From Sinorhizobium meliloti (lineage in GTDB: Bacteria > Pseudomonadota > Alphaproteobacteria > Rhizobiales > Rhizobiaceae), in contig NZ_JAGIOS010000003.1 of NCBI RefSeq assembly GCF_017876815.1, positions 1,320,001 through 1,352,000 on the forward strand: a DNA stretch of 32,000 nt, in the 5' to 3' direction. Shown here one piece after another: positions 7,530 through 15,494 of the stretch. The number at the start of each line of letters is the position of its first letter. Positions within the stretch are counted from its first letter, which is position 1. Made by a program: the position numbers and the translations under genes. A model generated the notes under the pieces. The model was not told the DNA's origin. It ran no database searches and worked only from the letters and a program-made list of their open reading frames with translations.

Positions 7530-8507
7530 ATGGAGACGACCCGCATGACCCTGGAGACAGCATCGCCCGTGCAACCGAATAGCCATCCCGGCACGCCCTT
7601 TGGTGAGATGTGGCGCGTAGCGGAACAGAACCCAGCTTATTCCCTTCTGGAAGTGCTCGATTCCATTGATCGAGACGTGTGGGACATGGAAATGCCGAGC
7701 GCCGATCAACGCGGCGTCTACGCCCGGGTGAACGGTCAGGCGGCTCTGCACCGGTTGCGGGAGGCGATGAACGGCATGGAGGCGGAGTATCCGCTCGATG
7801 CCCCGCCGCGACGCCGCCAATGGCTCGCCTCGGGTTGCTTCATGCGTGTCGAGGCGGTGCTTGATGCCTCACAGGTCCGTGAACTGGCGGGGCACTGCGA
7901 CCATCTGCTGCATACGCCCGGAATGCGCCCTGTCCGCCTGTTTGAAAACCCGCATATTCTCTCGGAAGAAGCCATAGTCGCCATAGCCCGAACTGCGCTT
8001 GCGGCTCTCCCACAGGCTTTGCCGTGCTCGGCGAGACCTGCTCTTCTGAAGAGACGAACGCTCTTGCGCCGGACTTTCCCACGGGCACAGCTTCCCGATG
8101 CGCACGGCAACGCCAATAATCAGTTTTGGCATCAGGACAGCAATCAGAAGTTCAACGATGCACCCATGATCACGCTTTGGATTCCGCTGGAGGATGGCGT
8201 TGGAAGAACCTGCCCCGGTATGGAAGTTATCGATGCGCCGGTTTCCTACTTCTCCATTTTGCATGGGGATAGTTCCCAAACCATCTGCCCAATTCTGTGC
8301 GACATGTTTCCCGGCACCCAAATTACGTCGCTGGAAGCAGCTGCTGGAGATTGCGTCATGTTCAACGGCCTTACATTCCACCAGACCGCGACAAATCCTG
8401 AGATGCGGCAGCATCGGGATGCGCTTTTGATCCGCATCATCGAGGCGGCAGATGCGGCCCATTTTGGTCCTGATGGGGCAGCTGATGGGATCGTTCCACT
8501 TGTCTAG
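7530..8507 (+). CDS. PhyH-family Fe(II)/2-oxoglutarate dioxygenase-like protein (325 aa)
   Basis: FWHQDS (HxD facial-triad motif typical of phytanoyl-CoA dioxygenase relatives) and distal LTFHQTA. An alternative ATG at 7545 has GGAG 9 nt upstream. Confidence 0.65.
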   Translation: METTRMTLETASPVQPNSHPGTPFGEMWRVAEQNPAYSLLEVLDSIDRDVWDMEMPSADQRGVYARVNGQAALHRLREAMNGMEAEYPLDAPPRRRQWLASGCFMRVEAVLDASQVRELAGHCDHLLHTPGMRPVRLFENPHILSEEAIVAIARTALAALPQALPCSARPALLKRRTLLRRTFPRAQLPDAHGNANNQFWHQDSNQKFNDAPMITLWIPLEDGVGRTCPGMEVIDAPVSYFSILHGDSSQTICPILCDMFPGTQITSLEAAAGDCVMFNGLTFHQTATNPEMRQHRDALLIRIIEAADAAHFGPDGAADGIVPLV

Positions 8508-9363
8508 CCTCGCCGTCCGCATCATAGGCGCCGGTGCAGTGGGAATGGCGTGCGGCTACCTGCTGCAACGGCGCGGGCATAAGCCACTGCATGTCAGTAT
8601 GCGTGGAGCGCCCTTGCGTGAACTGCCAGTTGCCATGCAAGGCACGGCACGCGGTCGATACCGCCCCGAAGCTGCGACACATGCTTCCCCGACGGATATA
8701 ACGCTCTTTGCTGTCGGGCCGCACGAAGTGGCCGGTGCATTGGCAACATGGGGTCAACCTGATGGGCGAAACCTTGTGTTCTGCGCTCATCCAGAACCGC
8801 AAGAAGGCGCCGTCATGGTCTTTCCGCAGATTTCGGCAGAGATTTGCCCAATGCGCGGACTTGGCATTGTGACGAGCGGCGCTGTGGAGATCTGCAACAA
8901 GTCGCAGCCTCATGCCCCTGGCCTTCTGCTGAAATTGGGCTTCAGGCTGGTACGCATGGTGACGCGGGCTCATTTTGCAGGTCGCGCCCTGCAAACGGCG
9001 GCATCTTATGTTGTGCTTCTCGCCCTCTCCCGTGGTGAGATGACCCGCGATCAGGTCTCACAGGTCTTGCTGATCGACATCATGCGGTTGCTGATGGAGG
9101 CCATGAGAGGGGCCGAAATTGCGGTCCAACTGCCGGATGGCTGTTCCCGCGCCTTCGCTGAACTGGCTTTACACATCTGCGCGCCCACTTCCGCCGAAAA
9201 TGATGTTCTCTCGCAAAACCTGGAAGCGCTGATGGCAACACCACAGCGCAAATTGCGCGGCCACCTTGCCCTCTACGAAGCGCCATGGCGGCGGCATGGT
9301 CCGGCCTCCGACGGGCTTGCGGCACGCCTGATCGATTTCGCGACATCTAAGCCCGTCCTCTAA
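8485..9363 (+). CDS. NAD(P)-binding Rossmann-fold oxidoreductase, possibly ketopantoate-reductase-like (about 292 aa)
   Basis: N-terminal VRIIGAGAVGMACGYLLQRRGH (GxGxxG) right after the start. The ORF opens at 8452 and overlaps the dioxygenase stop. ATGs at 8473/8485 or TTG near 8499 are possible starts. Family assignment beyond the dinucleotide fold is weak. Confidence 0.55.
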   Translation: MGSFHLSSLAVRIIGAGAVGMACGYLLQRRGHKPLHVSMRGAPLRELPVAMQGTARGRYRPEAATHASPTDITLFAVGPHEVAGALATWGQPDGRNLVFCAHPEPQEGAVMVFPQISAEICPMRGLGIVTSGAVEICNKSQPHAPGLLLKLGFRLVRMVTRAHFAGRALQTAASYVVLLALSRGEMTRDQVSQVLLIDIMRLLMEAMRGAEIAVQLPDGCSRAFAELALHICAPTSAENDVLSQNLEALMATPQRKLRGHLALYEAPWRRHGPASDGLAARLIDFATSKPVL

Positions 9364-9400
9364 TGAACTGTCCTCGCCCATGCGCAAGAAAGGAAATTCC

Positions 9401-9679
9401 ATGCAACAACTGACAGTGATCGTCCCACCCTCGATCCGGCCCTATGTCGGGGGTCAATCGCGCATCACAGTTGAGGCCCAAACCGTGCGCGAGGCGCTGG
9501 GCGCCATGTCCGCCAAATCCGCGCAATTGAAGGAGCATTTGTTCGACACGAAAGGCGAGATCAATCGCTTTGTTCGGATTTTTGTCAACGGACGGCCCGT
9601 GCCGCTCGGATCGCGCGGCGATGAAGCCGTCGAAAACGGCGCGGAGATAGCGGTCGTGTTGGCGCTGGCTGGAGGTTGA
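9401..9679 (+). CDS. ThiS/MoaD-family ubiquitin-like sulfur carrier protein (92 aa, C-terminal Gly-Gly)
   Basis: MQQLTVIVPPSIRPYVGG...VNGRPV....EAVENGAEIAVVLALAGG-stop. Size, beta-grasp-like pattern and terminal GG fit the family. AAGGAA lies 6 nt upstream of ATG 9401. Confidence 0.8.
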   Translation: MQQLTVIVPPSIRPYVGGQSRITVEAQTVREALGAMSAKSAQLKEHLFDTKGEINRFVRIFVNGRPVPLGSRGDEAVENGAEIAVVLALAGG

Positions 9680-9683
9680 GGGC

Positions 9684-10826
9684 ATGCTCAGGCAGGAACG
9701 TCTATCACGTCTACGGGAATCCTTGTCTCGGATCAGTGTCGAGGAGGCAAGACGGAAGCAAAAGGCTGGCGTCAAACTGATCGATATTCGTGACGCCGAA
9801 GAAACCGCCAAAGGCAGCCCTGTCGGCGCGGTACGCATCAGCCGATCCTTTCTGGAATTGCAGATTGAAAACGTGGCGCCGGATGCCGATACCGAGCTTA
9901 TGGTACTCTGCGCCAGCGATGCGCGCGCGCTGTTTGCCGCAGACGATCTCAACCGCCTCGGCTATTCTTCCGTTCATTGGGTCGATGGCGGATTTCAAGC
10001 CTGGGAGGCAGCCGGTCTTCCCGTTGAAAAACACCGACAGCTGAGCGCAGCGGAGAAGGAGCGATACGCGCGCCATTTGAGCATACCCGAAGTGGGGGCT
10101 GAGGGTCAGGCGCTGCTTCTGTCCAAGAAGGTGGCTCTGGTCGGTGCTGGAGGCCTTGGCTCTCCGCTGGCCTTTTATCTTGCGGCAGCAGGCATTGGAA
10201 CATTGGGGCTGATTGACAGCGACCGGCTCGAACGGTCGAATCTTCAGCGGCAAATCCTCCATACCGACGACCGGATCGGGGAGTTGAAGGTCAGTTCGGC
10301 CGCAAAATCTCTTCAGGCGTTCAATCCGGACGTAGCTCTCAATCTCCATGAGATACGGTTGAACGAGAACAATGCACTGGAAATACTGGCCGATTACGAT
10401 CTGGTGATCGACGGCAGCGACAATCTGGCGACCCGCTACGTCGTGAGCGACGCCAGCACGCTGCTTAATATTCCCATGATTTATGGCGCGATCTTCCGTT
10501 TCGAGGGACACGTTTCCGCATTTTGGCCCAATGGCCCGTCCGGTGGCCCGTGCTATCGCTGTCTCTTTCCTGAAAAGCTGCCCGCATCGCTCACTCCATC
10601 CTGCTCCGAGGTCGGTGTGCTTGGCGTGTTACCGGGCGTCATCGGGACGATCATGGCAACGGAAGCGATCAAGATCCTGCTCGGAATCGGCGATCCGCTG
10701 ATTGGGCGTTTGCTGACCTACAATGCCCTCGATTGCTCTTTCCACGACCTCGAGGTCCCCGCGAACCCCCATTGCGAGCAGTGCCAATCCAACCGGGATC
10801 TGCCACGCATGCGCGCCGGGTTGTGA
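9684..10826 (+). CDS. Rhodanese-ThiF/MoeB fusion (E1-like adenylyltransferase/sulfurtransferase, 380 aa)
   Basis: Residues about 1-115 form a rhodanese domain with an active-site loop Cys (MVLCASDARALFAADDLNRLGYSSVHWVDGGFQAWEAAG). The rest is canonical MoeB/ThiF: RYARHLSIPEVGAEGQ, VGAGGLGSPLAFYLAAAGIG, DSDRLERSNLQRQILH, DGSDNLATRY, CYRC...CEQC zinc motifs. GGAGG lies 9 nt upstream. Confidence 0.9.
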   Translation: MLRQERLSRLRESLSRISVEEARRKQKAGVKLIDIRDAEETAKGSPVGAVRISRSFLELQIENVAPDADTELMVLCASDARALFAADDLNRLGYSSVHWVDGGFQAWEAAGLPVEKHRQLSAAEKERYARHLSIPEVGAEGQALLLSKKVALVGAGGLGSPLAFYLAAAGIGTLGLIDSDRLERSNLQRQILHTDDRIGELKVSSAAKSLQAFNPDVALNLHEIRLNENNALEILADYDLVIDGSDNLATRYVVSDASTLLNIPMIYGAIFRFEGHVSAFWPNGPSGGPCYRCLFPEKLPASLTPSCSEVGVLGVLPGVIGTIMATEAIKILLGIGDPLIGRLLTYNALDCSFHDLEVPANPHCEQCQSNRDLPRMRAGL

Positions 10827-10846
10827 GCGTGGGCGGCCCTCTTACG

Positions 10847-11467
10847 ATGCTGCAAGCCTTCCGGTTTGGTGAAAGCGACCGGGACCATGTGTCCCGATTG
10901 CTGCATTGGGCGGACTTTCCCAACAGTGCACGTATTGTGGACCTCGGCGCTGGCAGCGGCGGGGTCGCGGCCCATATGGCGGCTTTGCGTCCGGATTTAC
11001 GTTTCTGTCTGGTCGATCTGGATGAAACGAAACTGGCGGCCAGTTCATTCGAAAAACACATTGCAAATATAACGCAAGTCCCAGAACCCGATGGTGCATT
11101 CGACGCGGCGATTTGCTGTTACGCAATGGGTTATGCGCCTTCGGATGCGCTATGGTCGGAGATTTCACGCCTTCTGCGACCGGGTGGCACTGTTTTTATC
11201 GTGGATATGGTGCCCAAGGATGCCACGATCCCGAAGCTTAGCCTGTTCGGCTATGAGATACGGAGCCGTGGGATGGTCGAGGAAGCGGCGCAATCTGTTG
11301 GTTTGATACCGGATGTCTATATCGAGCCGTATGATTCCGGCGATTGGGGCCGGTCCGTCTTTTCGGATGCTTTCGATGTATTCTTCGGCGATCTGCGGCC
11401 CGCCATCTGGTGCTGGCGCGCGCCCGAAACCAAGACCGTCGCTCACCCCTCGACCACCCAAGCGTGA
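10847..11467 (+). CDS. Class I SAM-dependent methyltransferase (about 206 aa)
   Basis: Motif I IVDLGAGSGGVAAHMA, post-I LVDLDE, motif II FDAAICCYAMGY, motif III LLRPGGTVFIVD. An alternative GTG at 10823 forms a GTGA overlap with the E1 stop. Confidence 0.8.
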   Translation: MLQAFRFGESDRDHVSRLLHWADFPNSARIVDLGAGSGGVAAHMAALRPDLRFCLVDLDETKLAASSFEKHIANITQVPEPDGAFDAAICCYAMGYAPSDALWSEISRLLRPGGTVFIVDMVPKDATIPKLSLFGYEIRSRGMVEEAAQSVGLIPDVYIEPYDSGDWGRSVFSDAFDVFFGDLRPAIWCWRAPETKTVAHPSTTQA

Positions 11468-11532
11468 TCGATCGACGGCATCCTAAGGTTACTGCGGCAG
11501 GGGCATAGCAGAGCGCGCATTCTGTCTGAGCG

Positions 11533-12066
11533 TTATACCAGGGCGATATTCGCCCACAGGTTCATCGCCTCGGCGAGAATTTCGCGATGATGGCTTGAGG
11601 AGCACGCCGGCACGCCGCAAGACAACATTTCCCGGTGCAGCCGTCGCTCAGTTCGAAAGCAATGACGGGGTGCCTGACCGACTGTGCCGACGTTCCCAAC
11701 TCGCCGCCGCAGCGAGGATTTGGCGCTCGCGCCACGTCTGGAACGAGGGACGACCATCGCCATTTCGCCCTCGTCGCGCACCATGTTCCGATAGTCCATT
11801 AACTCTTGCTCACACTCAAGCCACATTGCCACCACCGGCCCGGCCACGCTGTACTCTCCGGCTCTTGGCAGTACTTGACGTAGTTCTCGTGCCAAAGCGG
11901 CAGTATATCCACCGGGTCGACATCGACACCGTAGCGCTCGGCAATGGTACGGGAGTTGTCGACGTTCTCCAAAAGCGTGGCCAGGAACGCCTTGCACCGA
12001 GCCGGCGCTCCGTGAAGCGCTTGACATGCGACAGCGTGCGAAGCTGTCCAGACTTGCGTCGATCAA
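11533..12066 (-). pseudogene. Decayed gene of unknown family (protein-like stretches spread over three reverse frames)
   Basis: Reverse frames give YRNIFDRRKSGQLRTLSHVKRFTE, then FLATLLENVDNSRTIAERYGVDVDPVDILPLWHENYVKYCQE, then WLECEQELMDYRNMVRDEGE ... HHREILAEAMNLWANIALV-stop. No single frame is intact or recognisable. Confidence 0.3.
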
Positions 12067-12128
12067 AGATGTTTCGGTAGCATTCGGTAGCCGCGCTGGT
12101 ACATAACCGGGCCTCTTACTTGCAGGTT

Positions 12129-12317
12129 TCAGATTATGGGGGTGGATGTGCGTTTAAGGGTCACAGTGCCGGCCACGACTAGAACGACTTCGATGGCGAC
12201 AGTCGCAATTACGGTGGTGCCGTTCGATTGATTTTGGCCGGAGATCTCCCCTTCAACAAATGCGTCCGAGCGTGCTGTGCAATTGTTGGCGTCATCGATC
12301 GTGAAAATGGTAGCCAC
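12129..12317 (-). CDS. Candidate small ORF (62 aa) downstream of the LanM-like gene
   Basis: GTG start 2-3 nt after AGGAAG. Product MATIFTIDDANNCTARSDAFVEGEISGQNQSNGTTVIATVAIEVVLVVAGTVTLKRTSTPII. Moderate GC3 bias. An AT-rich stretch lies upstream. Not recognisable, and may be a gene fragment. Confidence 0.25.
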   Translation of the reverse strand: MATIFTIDDANNCTARSDAFVEGEISGQNQSNGTTVIATVAIEVVLVVAGTVTLKRTSTPII

Positions 12318-12468
12318 GCTTCCTGACGCTCGCCACCAGCGTTGCGAGGCCCCATAGTATTTGATTTAACATGTTCGACGAGGACAAAAGCAAAAACGAT
12401 CATATCAAAACAAATTTTCAAAACACAGCCTTTCGGCGTTTGACAAAAAAGCTTGTACTTCTGACCGT

Positions 12469-15390
12469 TCAATGGCCTATGGTCGGAAGAAGACCAGCAG
12501 AGATGATAAGGTCGCGAGCCGCGTTGGACCGCTCGTCCCGGATCTGTGCGAACCCTATACCAGCAACGCCAGTGAACAGACCGAGATGGCGTGGATCGCA
12601 GTACTTCTGGGTGTCTGAAGAGCATGGCAAATTGCCAGTTGCCTGTGCTGATGACGCGCAGGCCATCTCGACGCCGGCGGTGCCGCTGTGGATACCGGCT
12701 CCTTGGTTAGGCAGGGACGCCAATCCGATCACCCCGCGCCGGATTGCAGCATCCGCATTCGCTCGCCATTCTTGGTCATGACGCAGGCACAGGCATGTGA
12801 TGATGTGACCTGCAATGCCGCAACTCCATTCAGAACCGGCGCGAGGGCCGAAGCGCCAGAAGGCTTCCGAGCTGTGTTGAAGCAGGGATTGAACCGAAGC
12901 GCGAATGTTTGCGTTCCCTGATACATGCGCAAACTGACTGAGCGCAGCCAATACACCAAAAGCACCTTGCGCAAAGCCAGACGGTGCCGTTTCCGCCTCT
13001 CTGCTGGTCCAGTCGGCCAGACGGCAGGCAACCATCTCGGCCTGAGTGTCCGCTGTGTCGGAATTCACGAGTAGGAGCGGACCCAGCAAGCCCGCATATC
13101 CGGACCAGACATCCCAAGGCTTATCTTCGAGCAAGGCCCGATCGAGAACTGCAACCAACTGCTGCATGGCGTGCGGGATTCGATCGGCCATTATGCTAAG
13201 CCTCTGCAGTGCCGACAATGCCAGAAGCTGTCCGCCGCTGCCACGCAACCCGATGGGCAGGTCTCGCCACCACCGCAGGCGCTCAGCCGGTGTTCCGCTC
13301 TCCGCCAGCCTCAGAAGCGGCTCAGCCAAATTTTCTGCAATATGGCAGGCCTCTGGTCTTCCGGTCGCTGCAAGATAGACGGCAAGACCAAGTGTGCCGC
13401 TCACGAGCGACATTCCAAGCGGCTGGTAGCAGAACCGGATACCATCCGGCGCGAGATCGAATCCGATCCAGCCATCTGATCGACGCCTGATTTCCGATAA
13501 AAGCTGGTCTGTCGGATTGGTGATCGGTTGGAGGCTGTTCTCGCAACTCCGCCCGTGCTGCGCGAGCCGCAATGCCTTGGCCGATGCCAAAGCGTCTATT
13601 GTTTCGATCTCACGCTCGATCCTTTCGCAGGACAATGCCTCTATTCGCTCCCGGCTTGCCGCCAAGCCACTCGTCTCGAAATAGTCATCGATTCGTTGAT
13701 CGCCGGTCAGGTTCAGGGCCGTTTGCGAGACCGTGTGCGTGAATACGGGAATATCCAGTTGGCGCATTTGCAGCTTTTCAGAGGCGCATAGGCTTGAAAC
13801 GTCCTGACGATCTGCAAGCGGCGCAAAAAGGCGCTCCAGCGGATAAAGAACGTCTGCTTGGGACTGCTCGCTTCGCAATGCTTCCGCCGTCAACTGACGG
13901 CGTGCAAGCGCCGCATAGATCCGTGTCGCGCGAATGACAGCGCGCCCCTTGCAGCCGTTGAAGGCCTGCAACAGGCCATCTTCCCCCAGCCAAACGGGTT
14001 TGTTGGCGATGATGGACCTGCACTGCGCATGGAATCCGGCCATGAAGAGCTTACGATGACGGAAAAATGGATTCTTCCTGTCTGACGTTACGGGCAATGA
14101 TTGCGTGCGAACGAGCTCCCCGATCATGACGGTGCGGGCCATGTTATCCGTATTGATGGAGTGCCAGCCGGGAATTTGCCTTGGCCATTCCTGAGGCTCG
14201 ATGCCGAAAGCGCTCGTATCGACGGCATCGCGTGCGAGGCCCAGTAAGGTCCAGGCTGGAAATAGCTCGGTTCGTGCAACGGTGGTGTCGAACCAAGACC
14301 ATGCCGTCTGGGCCGCACCCAGGCTGTCCCCCGGCCGTGGACGGCGAATTGCTGGCTTCTCGAAGGGCGTCAAAAGCGTTTCGGCGTCTATAACATATAG
14401 ATGGCTGTGATGCGCCACGAGGTTTTCGTGGTGACCATCCGTGTAACCTAAAACATGCAGGAGAGCGGCCAGTCTGCCGGCACTGCGATAGAATGCCTGC
14501 AGTACATCTTCGTTGTCGCAGGGCGCGCCCTCAACAAATTCCATATAGCCATAGTCTTCTGCGCACCAGATTTTCAGCCCGGGAAGAGGTGAAAGACCGA
14601 TGCTAGCGCGCGGATCCGCCAGCAAATTCTGGAACGCCGCCTCGAGGGCGAGGTTACGGGGCTTGTAGACGAGTTTTGTCTGCCGCCCCTGCCAAGTGAA
14701 TTCCAGCAGCACGACGCTCCGTCCACCCTTATGGGTATCGCCGACAGCAAATTGCATGCCGGAAAGCGCCGCGTCTTCAGGAAGGCGGAAGTTTTGAGCG
14801 ATTGCTGTCCGATCCGCCTCGAGGCGGGCTAAAAGCTCGCGAAGATTTCTGATCCAGACTGCAATTGTGAAAGGAATCAAGCGTCGAAGGACCGGAAAGC
14901 GATCCAGCAGTTCCGCCAGATGTGTCTGCCGCAGTTCGTCTGTCAAGCGATCATAGATCTCGCATTTCGCGGCGCTCGGGTCTTTCTCCGGGGCTAATGC
15001 GGCGATGACGGACGCGCCAGCGCCACGCCGCTCTTCAAGTATTTGCTGAAGTGCATCTGCCCCCAACGCGCAAAGGCGCTCTGTCAGCGCTACAATCAGT
15101 TGCCCGATGACGGTTGGCGCCAACGCGGCTTGCGGCAGAAGCCCCATTGCGACTTCGGCCAGAGGAAACCACAGGTGAACAAAAGGCAGCTCTTTCGCAA
15201 GGCAAGGCGTTCGCGAAATGTCTTGCCTCGCCGCGAAGCATAAACCCGAGAGAAACGCATCTCCGGAACCGGCTTTCTCACGAGGCGCGCCTGTATTGCC
15301 CACCGGATCGGCAAGCTCGTCCACCAATGGCCAAAGGGCTACTATCGCCGTATTGTCTCGTGCCTCTTTTCGGATGTTTGCGTCGATCAT
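12469..15390 (-). CDS. lanM: LanM-like class II lanthipeptide synthetase (973 aa) with degenerate LanC-type cyclase motifs
   Basis: Dehydratase (DUF4135-type) signatures GDTHKGGRSVVLLEFTWQGRQTKLVYKPRNL and YGYMEFV...FYRSAGRLAALLHVLGYTDGHHENLVAHHSHLYVIDAETLL. The C-terminal repeats are LanC-like, but GFAQGAFG replaces G-x-A-H-G, EWSCGIAG replaces W-C-x-G, and GIHSGTAG (12673-12696) replaces C-H-G. Start moved to ATG 15390 (GGGAGG 9 nt upstream) rather than the track's 15441. Confidence 0.85.
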   Translation of the reverse strand: MIDANIRKEARDNTAIVALWPLVDELADPVGNTGAPREKAGSGDAFLSGLCFAARQDISRTPCLAKELPFVHLWFPLAEVAMGLLPQAALAPTVIGQLIVALTERLCALGADALQQILEERRGAGASVIAALAPEKDPSAAKCEIYDRLTDELRQTHLAELLDRFPVLRRLIPFTIAVWIRNLRELLARLEADRTAIAQNFRLPEDAALSGMQFAVGDTHKGGRSVVLLEFTWQGRQTKLVYKPRNLALEAAFQNLLADPRASIGLSPLPGLKIWCAEDYGYMEFVEGAPCDNEDVLQAFYRSAGRLAALLHVLGYTDGHHENLVAHHSHLYVIDAETLLTPFEKPAIRRPRPGDSLGAAQTAWSWFDTTVARTELFPAWTLLGLARDAVDTSAFGIEPQEWPRQIPGWHSINTDNMARTVMIGELVRTQSLPVTSDRKNPFFRHRKLFMAGFHAQCRSIIANKPVWLGEDGLLQAFNGCKGRAVIRATRIYAALARRQLTAEALRSEQSQADVLYPLERLFAPLADRQDVSSLCASEKLQMRQLDIPVFTHTVSQTALNLTGDQRIDDYFETSGLAASRERIEALSCERIEREIETIDALASAKALRLAQHGRSCENSLQPITNPTDQLLSEIRRRSDGWIGFDLAPDGIRFCYQPLGMSLVSGTLGLAVYLAATGRPEACHIAENLAEPLLRLAESGTPAERLRWWRDLPIGLRGSGGQLLALSALQRLSIMADRIPHAMQQLVAVLDRALLEDKPWDVWSGYAGLLGPLLLVNSDTADTQAEMVACRLADWTSREAETAPSGFAQGAFGVLAALSQFAHVSGNANIRASVQSLLQHSSEAFWRFGPRAGSEWSCGIAGHIITCLCLRHDQEWRANADAAIRRGVIGLASLPNQGAGIHSGTAGVEMACASSAQATGNLPCSSDTQKYCDPRHLGLFTGVAGIGFAQIRDERSNAARDLIISAGLLPTIGH

Positions 15391-15455
15391 GGCGATGCCT
15401 CCCGCACAAATCTCCCTTTCGACCCGGCAACATTTCCGCATTGACAGCTATGGAT

Positions 15456-15473
15456 ATTGCAACATGGTGCAAT
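15456..15473. promoter_or_regulatory. Palindrome ATTGCA-N6-TGCAAT in the divergent lanM-like/protease intergenic region
   Basis: Perfect 6-bp arms, 10 bp downstream of a TTGACA hexamer (15441-15446). Candidate operator, but short enough to occur by chance. Confidence 0.2.
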
Positions 15474-15494
15474 CTGAGGAATGTGGAGACATAT

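Noticed and set aside
12688-15314. Numerous 60-140-aa ORFs on both strands inside the lanM-like gene (and similarly inside the YcaO, TfuA and E1 genes)
   Set aside because: All are nested in or antisense to long ORFs with strong family motifs, so they are GC-rich frame artefacts.
15114-15494. Upstream 127 codons of the protease ORF as given in the track
   Set aside because: The extension overlaps the 5' end of the lanM-like gene on the other strand and is Arg/Pro/Ser-rich. The ATG at 15495 has a proper SD.
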